Under the pieces are notes generated by a model, which worked only from the letters and a program-made list of their open reading frames with translations, was not told the origin of the DNA and did no database searches. Positions 54,356 to 64,000 of a stretch of DNA of 64,000 nucleotides are shown piece by piece; the stretch's first letter is position 1, and each line of letters starts with the position of its first letter. The stretch is from an uncultured Thermus sp. (GTDB lineage Bacteria; Deinococcota; Deinococci; Deinococcales; Thermaceae): assembly GCA_947085095.1 (NCBI GenBank), contig CAMTVD010000018.1:32001-96000 (forward strand), given 5' to 3'. A program made the translations under genes and the position numbers.

Positions 54356-56079
54356 TGGAGCGGATCGGCGTGGTGCTGGGCAGGCGGGAGGCCACCCCCC
54401 TGGAGTTCTGGGTGGGGGTGGAGGGGGAAGGGCTTTTGAGGCTGGACGACCTGGTGGTGGTGAAGGGCTTCCACCCCAGGGTGGGGGAGGTGCTCTACTT
54501 CGGCATGGTGGATCACGTGGCCAAGCTCCACGAGGGGGAGGCCTATGACACCGACACCTTTTTGGCGGTGGAGGGGCAGATCCCCGTGAGCCTGGCCTAC
54601 GTGGCCCACGTGAGCGTGACCCGCATCCTCCCCGAGGAGTTCTTCCCCCCAGACCCCGGCTCCCCGGTCTACCTGGCCCAAGGGGAGGACCTGGAGCGGG
54701 CCCTCTACTACGACGCCATGAAGAACCAGAAGGGGAGCACCAAGCTCCCCGCCGGGTTCTTGCAGAACGGGGAGGTGGCCTACCTGAACCTGGAGTTCCT
54801 GAACGGGGTCAAGGGGGGGCACGTCAACATCTCCGGCATCAGCGGGGTGGCGGCCAAGACCAGCTACGCCACCTTCCTCCTGAAGAGCCTCCTGGAAAGC
54901 GGGGTCCTCGAGGAGGCCCACCAGGCCAGGGTCCTCCTCTTCAACGTCAAGGGGGAGGACCTCTTCTTCCTGGACAAGCCCAACACCCGTCTTCAGGAGA
55001 AGGACCGGGCGGAGTACGCCCGCCTGGGGCTTCCCGCCACCCCCTTCCAGAGCGTGGCCTTCATGGCCCCTCCCAAGAAGGAGGGGTACGTGCCCGACCT
55101 GGACACCCGCCTCCAGGGGGTGCGGGCCTACCACTGGGACCTGGTCCAGTTCTGCCAGCGGGGCCTCCTCCCCTTCCTCTTCGCCGACCGCTCGGCCATG
55201 ACCAACCTGGGCTTCCTCCTGGCCCACGTGACGGAAAAGCTCAAGGAGCTGGCCCAGGGGCAGAAGGGCCCCCATCTCCTGGTGGAGGACTGGCCGGGGG
55301 AGGACCTGCCCGAGGAGGTCACCTTTGACCATCTGGGCAAGGTGCGCCTCAAGAGCTTCGCCCAGCTGGTGCGCTACGTGGAGTACAAGCTCCTGGGCCC
55401 GGAGGTGGGGGAGGGCGAGGGGGACAAGAGGTGGATGGCCCGGCAGGCCAGGCCCACCCTCGAGGCCTTCGTCCGCCGCCTGCGCTCAAGCGTGGAGAAC
55501 GTGGGCCACCTCATCCGGGGGGACCGGTCCGGCAACCCCCCAGACCCCCTCCAGGGGGAGCAGGTTCACGTGGTGGACCTGGCCAAGCTCTCTCCCCAGG
55601 CGCAGATGTTCGTGGTGGGAGGCCTCCTCAAGGACCTCTTTGAGCGCAAGGAAAGGGGCCAGTACCGGGGCCGGGTCTTCATCGTCCTGGACGAGCTCAA
55701 CAAGTACGCCCCACGGGAGGAGGAAAGCCCCATCAAGGACATCCTCCTGGACATCGCGGAAAGGGGCCGTTCCCTGGGAGTCATCCTCATCGGGGCCCAG
55801 CAGACGGCGAGCGAGGTGGAAAGGAGGGTGGTGGGGAACGCCGCCATCAGGGTGGTGGGCCGCCTGGACGCCGCCGAGGCGGAAAGGCCCGAGTACCGCT
55901 ACCTGCCCACCTCCTTCCGCCAGCGGGCCCTCATCCTGCCCCAGGGGGCGGTGATCCTCCACCAGCCGGAGATCCCCGTCCCCCTCCTGGTGCGTTTCCC
56001 CTTCCCCGCTTGGGCCACCAAGCGGGAGGAGGTCCTGGAGGACAACTCCGCCGAGGCCTTAAGGCGGGAGTTCTTTTAG
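54355..56079 (+). CDS. herA: HerA-family ATPase
   Basis: HAS barrel, SGISGVAAKT Walker A variant, LDELNKYAP, ERGRSLG, GAQQ; GTG at 54355. Confidence 0.88.
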   Translation: MERIGVVLGRREATPLEFWVGVEGEGLLRLDDLVVVKGFHPRVGEVLYFGMVDHVAKLHEGEAYDTDTFLAVEGQIPVSLAYVAHVSVTRILPEEFFPPDPGSPVYLAQGEDLERALYYDAMKNQKGSTKLPAGFLQNGEVAYLNLEFLNGVKGGHVNISGISGVAAKTSYATFLLKSLLESGVLEEAHQARVLLFNVKGEDLFFLDKPNTRLQEKDRAEYARLGLPATPFQSVAFMAPPKKEGYVPDLDTRLQGVRAYHWDLVQFCQRGLLPFLFADRSAMTNLGFLLAHVTEKLKELAQGQKGPHLLVEDWPGEDLPEEVTFDHLGKVRLKSFAQLVRYVEYKLLGPEVGEGEGDKRWMARQARPTLEAFVRRLRSSVENVGHLIRGDRSGNPPDPLQGEQVHVVDLAKLSPQAQMFVVGGLLKDLFERKERGQYRGRVFIVLDELNKYAPREEESPIKDILLDIAERGRSLGVILIGAQQTASEVERRVVGNAAIRVVGRLDAAEAERPEYRYLPTSFRQRALILPQGAVILHQPEIPVPLLVRFPFPAWATKREEVLEDNSAEALRREFF

Positions 56080-56143
56080 ATGGTGGGGCCAGCCTCTTTA
56101 GACCCCTCCGCCCCTGGCGCCTTTGGGGGTAAGCTAGCCTTGT

Positions 56144-57193
56144 ATGAAAGAGACCCCGCTTTACCAGGCCCACTTGCGCCACGGGGGGCGTATGGTGGAG
56201 TTCGCGGGCTACGCCCTTCCCCTCCAGTACACCTCCATCGTGGAGGAGCACCTGGCCGTGCGCCAGGGCGCCGGCCTCTTTGATGTGAGCCACATGGGGG
56301 AGTTCCTCATCCAGGGCCCCGAGGCCCTGGCCTTTCTCCAGTGGGCCACGGTGAACGACGCCGGGAAGCTGAAGGTGGGCCGGGCCCACTACTCCATGCT
56401 TCCCAATGAGCGGGGCGGCGTGGTGGACGACATCTACCTCTACCGCCTGGGGGAGGAGGCCTTCCTGATGGTGGTCAACGCCGCCAACATCGCCAAGGAC
56501 TTCGCCCACCTTAGCGCCTTGGCCCAGGGCTTCCGGGTGGAGCTAAGGGACCTTTCCCAGGCCACCGCCCTCCTGGCCCTCCAAGGACCCAAGGCGGCCC
56601 AGGTGCTCCAGGGCCTCACCGGGGTGGACCTCTCCTCCCGCAAGAAGAACGACGTCTTTGAGGCGGAGGTGGCGGGCAGGCCCGCCCGCCTGGCCCGCAC
56701 CGGGTACACGGGGGAGGACGGGTTTGAGATCTTCCTCGCCCCTGAGGACGCCGAGGCGGTCTTTGAGGCCCTTTTGGCGGCGGGGGCCAGGCCCTGTGGC
56801 CTTGGGGCCCGGGACACCCTGAGGCTCGAGGCGGGCTTTCCCCTCTACGGCCACGAGCTCACCGAGGCCACCAACCCCCTCTGCACCCCCTGGGCCTGGG
56901 TGGTGAAGAAGGAGAAGGACTTCTTGGGCAAGGAGGCCATGCTTTCCGGGGTGTGCCAGGAGAAGCTTGTGGGCCTGGTCCTGGAGACGGGCATCCCCCG
57001 GGAGGGGTACAGGGTCCTCTCCGGGGAGCGCCCCGTGGGCCGGGTGACCAGCGGGGGCTACTCCCCCCTTCTGGAGAAGGGCATCGCCCTGGCCTATGTG
57101 GCAAAGGAGGCCGAGGGCCCCTTCCATGTGGAGGTGCGGGGGCGGGCGGTCCCCGCTTCCCTCAGCCCTTTGCCCTTTGTGCCGCTAAAATAG
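56144..57193 (+). CDS. gcvT: Glycine cleavage aminomethyltransferase
   Basis: FDVSHMG, RTGYTGEDGFE, GLGARDTLRLEAG. Confidence 0.97.
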   Translation: MKETPLYQAHLRHGGRMVEFAGYALPLQYTSIVEEHLAVRQGAGLFDVSHMGEFLIQGPEALAFLQWATVNDAGKLKVGRAHYSMLPNERGGVVDDIYLYRLGEEAFLMVVNAANIAKDFAHLSALAQGFRVELRDLSQATALLALQGPKAAQVLQGLTGVDLSSRKKNDVFEAEVAGRPARLARTGYTGEDGFEIFLAPEDAEAVFEALLAAGARPCGLGARDTLRLEAGFPLYGHELTEATNPLCTPWAWVVKKEKDFLGKEAMLSGVCQEKLVGLVLETGIPREGYRVLSGERPVGRVTSGGYSPLLEKGIALAYVAKEAEGPFHVEVRGRAVPASLSPLPFVPLK

Positions 57194-57211
57194 CGGGGGT
57201 TAGGAGGCGTT

Positions 57212-57595
57212 ATGGACATACCCAAGGACCGCTTTTATACCAAGACCCACGAGTGGGCCCTGCCCGAAGGGGATACGGTGCTGGTGGGCATTACCGACTA
57301 CGCCCAGGATGCCCTGGGGGATGTGGTCTACGTGGAGCTCCCCCAGGTGGGCCGGGTGGTGGAGGCCGGGGAGGCCATCGCCGTGGTGGAGAGTGTGAAA
57401 ACCGCCTCCGACATCTACGCTCCTGTGGCGGGGGAAGTGGTGGAGGTGAACCCGGCCCTGGAGAAAAACCCCGAGCTCATCAACCAGGACCCCTACGGGG
57501 AGGGCTGGATCTTCCGCTTAAAGCCCCGGGAGATGGCCGATCTGGACGGGCTTCTGGATGCGGAAGGCTACCAGGCGGTCTTAGAGAGCGCGTAG
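57212..57595 (+). CDS. gcvH: Glycine cleavage H protein
   Basis: THEW, GITDYAQ, ESVK lipoyl site. Confidence 0.97.
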   Translation: MDIPKDRFYTKTHEWALPEGDTVLVGITDYAQDALGDVVYVELPQVGRVVEAGEAIAVVESVKTASDIYAPVAGEVVEVNPALEKNPELINQDPYGEGWIFRLKPREMADLDGLLDAEGYQAVLESA

Positions 57596-57704
57596 GAGGC
57601 GGCATGCTTTGGGCGGGCCTTCCCCTTCCCCGCGCCTTAGGTGGGGGAGGCCCTTCTGTAGCCCCGGGTCATATGGCCCGGGGGTTTTGCTGGAGGATGG
57701 TCCT

Positions 57705-59018
57705 ATGGATTACACGCCCCACACAGAGGAAGAGATCCGGGCCATGCTGGAGAGGGTGGGGGCCAAGCGTCTGGAGGACCTCTACGCCCACCTTCCCGAG
57801 GAGGTCCTAAACCCCCCCATCAGCCTCCCCGAGCCCATGCCCGAGTGGAGGGTCCTGGAGGAGCTGGCCCGCCTGGCCGAGGCCAACCTCCCCCCCAGGA
57901 AGGCCTTCCTGGGGGGCGGGGTTCGCGCCCATTACGTTCCCCCTGTGGTCCAGGCCCTGGGAAGCCGGGGGGAGTTCCTCACCGCCTACACCCCCTACCA
58001 GCCGGAGGTGAGCCAGGGGGTGCTTCAGGCCACCTTTGAGTACCAGACCATGGTGGCGGAGCTCACCGGGCTGGAGGTGGCCAACGCCTCCATGTACGAC
58101 GGCTCCACCGCCCTGGCGGAAGGGGTCCTCCTGGCCCTCCGGGAGACGGGGAGGATGGGGGTCTTGGTCTCCCAGGGGGTTCACCCCGAGTACCGGGAGG
58201 TCCTGAAGACCTACCTGGAGGCGGTGGGGGCCGAGCTTCGCACCCTCCCCCTGGAGGGGGGGAGGACGCCCCTTCCCGAGGTGCCGGAGGAGGTGGGGGC
58301 GGTGGTGGCCCAGAACCCCAACTTCCTGGGGGCCCTCGAGGACCTTGCGCCCCTGGCCGAGGCCGCCCACCGGGCCGGGGCCCTCTTCGTGGCCGTGGCC
58401 GACCCCCTTTCCCTCTCCCTTCTCAAGCCCCCAGGGGCCTTGGGGGCGGACATCGCCGTGGGGGATGGCCAGACCCTGGGCCTGCCCCTGGGCTTCGGCG
58501 GGCCCCACTTCGGCTTCTTGGCCACCAAGAAGGCCTTCGTGCGCCAGCTTCCCGGGAGGCTGGTCTCCGAGACCGTGGATGCGGAGGGCAAGAGGGGCTT
58601 CATCCTCACCCTTCAGGCCCGGGAGCAGTACATCCGGCGGGCCAAGGCCAAGAGCAACATCACCACCAACGCCCAGCTCACCGCCCTCATGGGGGCCATG
58701 TACCTGGCGGCCCTGGGGCCTTTGGGCTTGAAAGAGGTGGCCCTGAAGGGGGTGGCCATGGCCCACCGCCTGCGGGCCCTCCTCCTCACGATCCCCGGGG
58801 TGGAGGCCTTCACCCCAGAGCCCTTCTTCCAGGAGTTCGCCCTGAGGCTTCCCAAGGACCCCCTGGAGGTGCGCCACGCCCTGGCAAAGCGGGGCTTCCA
58901 CGGGGCCACGCCCGTGCCCAAGGAGTACGGGGAGAACCTGGCCCTTTTCGCCGCCACCGAGCTGCACGAGGAGGAGGACCTCCTGGCCTTCCGGGAGGCC
59001 CTGAAGGAGGTGTTATGA
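57705..59018 (+). CDS. gcvPA: Glycine dehydrogenase subunit 1
   Basis: [30 protein letters not shown] at 57705. Confidence 0.96.
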   Translation: MDYTPHTEEEIRAMLERVGAKRLEDLYAHLPEEVLNPPISLPEPMPEWRVLEELARLAEANLPPRKAFLGGGVRAHYVPPVVQALGSRGEFLTAYTPYQPEVSQGVLQATFEYQTMVAELTGLEVANASMYDGSTALAEGVLLALRETGRMGVLVSQGVHPEYREVLKTYLEAVGAELRTLPLEGGRTPLPEVPEEVGAVVAQNPNFLGALEDLAPLAEAAHRAGALFVAVADPLSLSLLKPPGALGADIAVGDGQTLGLPLGFGGPHFGFLATKKAFVRQLPGRLVSETVDAEGKRGFILTLQAREQYIRRAKAKSNITTNAQLTALMGAMYLAALGPLGLKEVALKGVAMAHRLRALLLTIPGVEAFTPEPFFQEFALRLPKDPLEVRHALAKRGFHGATPVPKEYGENLALFAATELHEEEDLLAFREALKEVL

Positions 59019-60442
59019 GCTACCCCTTGATCTACGAGCGGAGCCGCAAGGGAAGGCGCGGCCTTAGGCTGGTGAAGGCGGTGCCCCAGGCAGAGGACTA
59101 CATCCCCAAAGGCTTCCTGCGGGAGGCCCCTCCCCGCCTCCCCGAGGTGGACGAGCTCACCCTGGTGCGCCACTACACCGGGCTTTCCCGCCGCCAGGTG
59201 GGGGTGGACACCACCTTCTACCCCTTGGGAAGCTGCACCATGAAGTACAACCCCAAGCTCCACGAGGAGGCGGTGCGCCTCTTCGCCCACCTCCATCCCT
59301 ACCAGGACCCGAGGACGGTCCAGGGGGCGCTGAGGCTCATGTGGGAGCTGGGGGAGTACCTGAAGGCCCTCACCGGCATGGAGGCCATCACCCTCCAGCC
59401 CGCCGCCGGGGCCCACGGGGAGCTCACGGGGATCCTCATCATCCGCGCCTACCACGAGGACCGGGGGGAGGGGAGGACGAGGCGGGTGGTCCTGGTGCCG
59501 GACTCGGCCCACGGTTCCAACCCCGCCACCGCCAGCATGGCGGGCTACCAGGTGAGGGAGGTTCCCTCGGGGCCCGATGGGGAGGTGGACCTCGAGGCCC
59601 TGAAGCGGGAGCTCTCCCCTCACGTGGCCGCCATCATGCTCACCAACCCCAACACCCTGGGCCTCTTTGAGCGGCGGATCCTGGAGATCTCCCGCCTGGC
59701 CAAGGAGGCGGGGGTCCAGCTCTACTACGACGGGGCCAACCTGAACGCCATCATGGGCTGGGCCAGGCCCGGGGACATGGGCTTTGACGTGGTCCACCTG
59801 AACCTGCACAAGACCTTCACCGTGCCCCACGGGGGCGGGGGGCCGGGTTCCGGCCCCGTGGGGGTGAAGGCTCACCTGGCCCCTTACCTGCCCGTGCCCA
59901 CGGTGGAGAAGGGGGAGGAGGGCTTCTACCTTTCCTTTGACCGCCCAAAGAGCATCGGGAGGGTGCGGAGCTTCCACGGGAACTTCCTGGCCCTGGTGCG
60001 GGCCTGGGCCTACATCCGCACCCTGGGGCTAGAGGGCCTCAAAAAGGCCGCCGCCCTTTCCGTGCTCAACGCCCGCTACCTGCAGGAGCTTCTGAAGGAG
60101 CGGGGCTACCGCATCCCCTACGAGGGGCCCTGCATGCACGAGTTCGTGGCCCAGCCCCCCCAGGGCTTCCGCGCCCTGGACCTGGCCAAGGGCCTCCTGG
60201 AGCTGGGCTTCCACCCCCCCACGGTTTACTTCCCCCTGATCGTCAAGGAGGCCCTCATGGTGGAGCCCACGGAGACGGAGAGCAAGGAGACCCTCGAGGC
60301 TTTCGCCGAAGCCATGGAAGCCCTCCTTAAAAAGCCTAAGGAGTGGCTGGAAAACGCACCCTACACCACCCCGGTCCGCCGCCTGGACGAGCTTAGGGCC
60401 AACAAGGCTCCCAAGCTCACCTACTTTGACCAAGAAGGGTGA
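59015..60442 (+). CDS. gcvPB: Glycine dehydrogenase subunit 2
   Basis: [26 protein letters not shown]. Confidence 0.96.
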   Translation: MSYPLIYERSRKGRRGLRLVKAVPQAEDYIPKGFLREAPPRLPEVDELTLVRHYTGLSRRQVGVDTTFYPLGSCTMKYNPKLHEEAVRLFAHLHPYQDPRTVQGALRLMWELGEYLKALTGMEAITLQPAAGAHGELTGILIIRAYHEDRGEGRTRRVVLVPDSAHGSNPATASMAGYQVREVPSGPDGEVDLEALKRELSPHVAAIMLTNPNTLGLFERRILEISRLAKEAGVQLYYDGANLNAIMGWARPGDMGFDVVHLNLHKTFTVPHGGGGPGSGPVGVKAHLAPYLPVPTVEKGEEGFYLSFDRPKSIGRVRSFHGNFLALVRAWAYIRTLGLEGLKKAAALSVLNARYLQELLKERGYRIPYEGPCMHEFVAQPPQGFRALDLAKGLLELGFHPPTVYFPLIVKEALMVEPTETESKETLEAFAEAMEALLKKPKEWLENAPYTTPVRRLDELRANKAPKLTYFDQEG

Positions 60443-60452
60443 GATAAACTCC

Positions 60453-60480
60453 AAAGGGGGCGGGCAAAAGCCCGCCCCCT
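60453..60480. terminator. Hairpin between the convergent gcv and psr operons
   Basis: AGGGGGCGGGC-AAAA-GCCCGCCCCCT. Confidence 0.75.
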
Positions 60481-60492
60481 CAGCCTATCCGG

Positions 60493-60933
60493 CTACTTCT
60501 CCACGGGAAGTTTGGCGTCGCTCCAGGCCTTGAAGCCACCGATGATGTTGATCGCGTTGTAGCCCTGGCCCCGGAGGTAGGGCAAGGCCATGCCCCCCCG
60601 GTGGCCGGAGCCGCAGTAGACGATGATGGGCTTGCCCTTGGGGAGCTCGCCCATGCGCTTGGGCAGCTCCCGGATGGGGATGTGGACCGCCCCGGGGATG
60701 CGGCCGGCGTCGTACTCGCTCTTCTCCCGCACGTCCAGGATGAAGACGTCCAGGGTGTCCATCATCTGCTTGGCCGCCGCGGGCGCCCTGCCGTAGAAGT
60801 CCGCGGGCAGGGCCATGAGGAAGTTGCCCATCTCCCGCACCGTGAGGGCGGAGAAGGTCACCGTGGTGGCCTGCGCCAGAACCGGAATCGCCGCCAGAAG
60901 ACCCAACCAAGCGAGCTTCTTCATGCCTTTCAT
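60493..60933 (-). CDS. Exported rhodanese-domain sulfurtransferase
   Basis: Signal peptide KKLAWLGLLAAIPVLAQA; LDVRE, IPGA, YCGSGHRG, GGFKAW. Confidence 0.88.
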   Translation of the reverse strand: MKGMKKLAWLGLLAAIPVLAQATTVTFSALTVREMGNFLMALPADFYGRAPAAAKQMMDTLDVFILDVREKSEYDAGRIPGAVHIPIRELPKRMGELPKGKPIIVYCGSGHRGGMALPYLRGQGYNAINIIGGFKAWSDAKLPVEK

Positions 60934-60968
60934 CGCTTACCTCCTTTCCCTAGGGGGCCAGAACCCCC

Positions 60969-61730
60969 TTAGAGACCCAGTCCTTGCCACTGGCCCACGA
61001 GGACCAGGAGGGCCCTCAGGCCAGCTGCCGAAACCAGCCCCAGCCACGGGGCGAGGCCTTTGCCGAAGAAGGCTCCAAGGCCCAGGGCCAAGAGGAGGCC
61101 GTAGGCGATGCCCCCCTCCTCCAGGAAGTGGGCCCGGGCCTCCGCGCTCAGGCTAAAGGGGTAGAGGGCGGCCAGGAAGAGGGCCAGGCCCAAAAAGCTC
61201 TGGAAGGGAAGCCTCGCCCAGGCCTGCTTGAGGAGGATGGCCAGCCCCAGGCCCAAAGCCAGGGCGGTGATGGGGAAGAGGGCCAGCATGAGGGCGTTCC
61301 AGAGGGGACGGTTCAGGTTCACCGCCAGGGCCAGGCCAGGGTAGGCCAGGGCCACCAGGCTGGCTACCAGGAAGACCCATTTGAGCGCCTCCTTAGGGCC
61401 CCGGTTCAGGTGGAGGAGGCCCCCGCTCAGGAAGGCCAGGGCCAACCCCCAGGCTCCCCACCAGATGGGGCTTTGCGGGTGGAAGGTGAGGAAGAGCCAG
61501 ACGTGGGTGAAGCGGAAGCGGGCGGGGCTTTCCGCCCAGAGGACGAAGAGGTCCAAGGCGATGAGGCCCAGGGCCACGAGGGTGAAGAAGCGGGCCTCCT
61601 TGGCGTTTTGCAGGTGGAGAAGAGCGGCCAAAAAGGCCACACCCCCCGCCAGGCCCACCAGGATGAAGTGGAGGGCGTTGGTCCAGTGCCAGAACTCTCC
61701 GGCGTTGGGCAGGCCGTAGAACTCAGTCAT
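60969..61730 (-). CDS. psrC: Polysulfide reductase membrane anchor (NrfD family)
   Basis: EFYGLPNAGEFWHWTNALHF, ESPARFRF, SPIWWGAW. Confidence 0.9.
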   Translation of the reverse strand: MTEFYGLPNAGEFWHWTNALHFILVGLAGGVAFLAALLHLQNAKEARFFTLVALGLIALDLFVLWAESPARFRFTHVWLFLTFHPQSPIWWGAWGLALAFLSGGLLHLNRGPKEALKWVFLVASLVALAYPGLALAVNLNRPLWNALMLALFPITALALGLGLAILLKQAWARLPFQSFLGLALFLAALYPFSLSAEARAHFLEEGGIAYGLLLALGLGAFFGKGLAPWLGLVSAAGLRALLVLVGQWQGLGL

Positions 61731-62310
61731 GGTGCACCTCGCTTTCCCGGGTGAGCCCCTTCTTGGAAGGGGCGTTCAGGTAGAAGAGCTTGGGCTCGGT
61801 GCCCAGCTCGGGCCTGAGGACGTCCACTCGCAAAGCCTCCTTCAGCACCTTCACTACGGGGCTTTCCGGGTCGTCCAGATCGCCGAAGGCCCGGCAGCCC
61901 GTGGGGCAGGTTTCCACGCAGGCGGGAAGCCTCCCCTTCTCCAGGCGGTGCTGGCAGAAGGTGCACTTGTCCACGTACCCGGCGGGGTGCAGGTAGCGGG
62001 CCTCGTAGGGGCAGGCGGCCACGCAGGCCCCGCAGGCGATGCACTTCTTCGGGTCCACCAGGACCAGGCCGTCCTTGGTCTGGTAGCTGGCCCCTGTGGG
62101 GCAGACGGGCACGCAGGGGGGGTTGGCGCAGTGGAGACACTGCTCGGGGCGGAACTCCACGGTGAGGTCGGGAAAGACCCCCAGCTCCCGCTCCCGGATC
62201 CAGAGGCGGTGGACCCCAGGGGGAACCTCGTTTTCCATCTTGCAGGCCACGGCGCAGGCGGCGCAGCCCACGCAGAGGCTTAGGTCTATGGTCATAGCGT
62301 AGCGGGGCAT
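61723..62310 (-). CDS. psrB: Polysulfide reductase iron-sulfur subunit
   Basis: Four Cys clusters: CVGCAAC, CLHCANPPC, CIACGAC, CTFC. Confidence 0.92.
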   Translation of the reverse strand: MPRYAMTIDLSLCVGCAACAVACKMENEVPPGVHRLWIRERELGVFPDLTVEFRPEQCLHCANPPCVPVCPTGASYQTKDGLVLVDPKKCIACGACVAACPYEARYLHPAGYVDKCTFCQHRLEKGRLPACVETCPTGCRAFGDLDDPESPVVKVLKEALRVDVLRPELGTEPKLFYLNAPSKKGLTRESEVHHD

Positions 62311-64000
62311 CACATCCTCCTTTCGTCAAAGGGGCGCTTGGCCAGGGAGGTGAGGGAGGGAAGGTTGGGTTTCTTGGCCTTCTCCAGGCGGACGAAGTTC
62401 ACCCTGAGGCCCGCTCCGCCGGAGATGGGGTCCAGCTTGTAGCGGGTCTGGAGGTAGTTGTCCGAGGCTCCCCGGCCGTGGGCCACCTTCATCAGGGGAG
62501 CCTTGTGGCCGAAGCCGTGGACCAGGTAGACGCAGTCCTTGCGAATCCTTTCCGTGGCCTTGACCTTCACCGGGCCCTCCTTGACCCCGTCCTGGTTGAT
62601 GAGGTAGGCGTAGTCCCCGTTCTTCAGGCCCAGCCTCCGGGCCTCCTCGGTGTGGATCCAGACCTCGTTCTCGGGGTCCATTTCCATGAGGACCCAGTTG
62701 TTCTGGGTGCGGGCGAAGGTGTGCACGGGGCTTCTGCCGTAGAGGAGGCGGTAGAAGCCCTCCGGGGGCGGCTCAGGCGGGGTGTAGACGGGGAGGGGGT
62801 GGTGGCCCGCCTCCTTGAACCTCTGGCAGTAAAGCTCAATCTTCCCCGAGGCGGTCCCGAAGGGCAGGCGGCCCTCCTTTTCCCAGTCCTCCAGCCAGGG
62901 CTTGCCCTTCTGCACCAGGGTGCCCAGGGACTTCATGGTCTCCAGGTCAAAGCCGATGCTCTGGAGGCGGGTGTCCAGGTACTCCTCAATGGTCTGCCAG
63001 GGGAAGTAGGCCTCTAGGCCCAGCCGGATCCCCAGCTCCCGGGCGATCCACCATCCCGGCTTGGTGTCAAAGAGGGGCTCGTGGGCGGGGACCCTGAGCT
63101 GGATGAAGGGGGTCTTGTGGGCCACGGTCACCAGATCGTCGTAGCGCTCCAGGTAGGTGGCCTCGGGGAGGATCACGTCCGCCCACATCACGTGCTCCTG
63201 GGGCAGGACGTCTATGGCCACATAGAGGTCCAGCTTCTTCAGGGCCTCCTTGGTGCGGGGCACGTTGGGGATGGCATGGAAGAGGTTGATGCCGTAGGCG
63301 ATGAGCCCCTTGATGGGGTAGGGTTCCCCGCTGATCATGGGCTCAATGAGCTCCTGGATGGCGGTGGTGCGGGCGAAGAACTTCCCCTTGTCGGCCCGGG
63401 GCCTGAAGCCCTCGGGTTCCTGGTCCCCGCCCGCAGGCCCCGCGCACCCCCCAGCGGCGGGCTCCAGGGGCAGGGGGGGCGTGGGGTACTTCTCCAGGTA
63501 GGGGCTTTGGGCGATGTAGAAGCCACCTGGCCGCCCGTAGTTGCCCAGGAGGACGTTCACGTAGTAGAGGGCCATCATCCGGTAGGTGTCGTCCCCGTAC
63601 CAGACGGTATGCCGCGTGGGGGGAAGGACGGCCTTGGGTTTGTGGGCGGCCATCTCCCGGGCCACGTCCCGGATCACCTGGGCGGGGATCTCGGTCTCCT
63701 TCTCCGCCCACTCGGGGGTGAAGTCCTTCGCGTGGGCCTTGAGCTCCTCAAAGCCCGTGGTGTACTTGGCCACGTATTCCTTGTCGTAGAGGTCCTCGTA
63801 GATGAGGACGTGGATCCAGGCCAAAAGCAGGGCGGTGTCCGTGCCGGGCTTGATGGGAAGCCAGCGGTGGGCCTTGGCGGCGGCGGTGGAGAAGCGGGGG
63901 TCTACCATCACCACCTTGGCCCCGTTCTTCAGGGCCCGGGCGAAGTCCTGGAGCTGGGTGTTGTGGGTGTCCTCCCCGATGTGGTGCCCGATGAGGACGA
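62310..64000 (-). CDS. psrA: Polysulfide reductase molybdopterin subunit (5' part outside the window)
   Basis: VDPRFS, PGTD, ADVILPEATYLER, GKIEL, molydopterin-binding C-terminus; precedes psrB/psrC. Confidence 0.9.
   Translation of the reverse strand, partial: VLIGHHIGEDTHNTQLQDFARALKNGAKVVMVDPRFSTAAAKAHRWLPIKPGTDTALLLAWIHVLIYEDLYDKEYVAKYTTGFEELKAHAKDFTPEWAEKETEIPAQVIRDVAREMAAHKPKAVLPPTRHTVWYGDDTYRMMALYYVNVLLGNYGRPGGFYIAQSPYLEKYPTPPLPLEPAAGGCAGPAGGDQEPEGFRPRADKGKFFARTTAIQELIEPMISGEPYPIKGLIAYGINLFHAIPNVPRTKEALKKLDLYVAIDVLPQEHVMWADVILPEATYLERYDDLVTVAHKTPFIQLRVPAHEPLFDTKPGWWIARELGIRLGLEAYFPWQTIEEYLDTRLQSIGFDLETMKSLGTLVQKGKPWLEDWEKEGRLPFGTASGKIELYCQRFKEAGHHPLPVYTPPEPPPEGFYRLLYGRSPVHTFARTQNNWVLMEMDPENEVWIHTEEARRLGLKNGDYAYLINQDGVKEGPVKVKATERIRKDCVYLVHGFGHKAPLMKVAHGRGASDNYLQTRYKLDPISGGAGLRVNFVRLEKAKKPNLPSLTSLAKRPFDERRM

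Noticed and set aside
56080..56143. Glycine riboswitch upstream of gcvT
   Set aside because: The gap is only 64 bp, lacks the GGAGA/GAAG/CAGG core, and has a -10-like TAAGCT close to the start.

Overview
High-GC (~70% by eye) bacterial chromosome segment that looks like a Thermus species, judged from TL5-type RplY, DUF3197, PsrABC, NurA/HerA, the TilS-deaminase fusion and many leaderless -10 promoters. Most of it is core metabolism: glcDEF with glycerate kinase, a partial leucine catabolism pair, rnhA, guaA, luxS-pfs-prs-rplY-pth-ddl, ftsH, ruvB, panB, purEK, malic enzyme, gcvTHP and a partial psrABC. It also carries tRNA-Ser(CGA) and a yybP-ykoY Mn riboswitch. The accessory or unusual elements are: (1) a tightly coupled glycosidase-galT-glpKD operon with a divergent 931-aa GH2, which I infer scavenges glycosylglycerol or galactolipid headgroups; (2) a collapsed radical-SAM/SPASM (RiPP-like) locus with a SARP/BTAD-like regulator, paired GTTAC-N6-GTTAC repeats and a low-GC ABC exporter; (3) a methyltransferase next to a divergent XhoI-like nuclease; (4) window-wide avoidance of TCGA except within the palindrome CCTCGAGG; (5) an SbtA/SbtB pair divergent from purEK; (6) an unannotated 58-aa four-Cys ORF, a VapBC module and a deleted nucleotidyltransferase remnant. 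I saw no CRISPR array, IS element or prophage. All calls come from motif recognition by eye; no searches were run.
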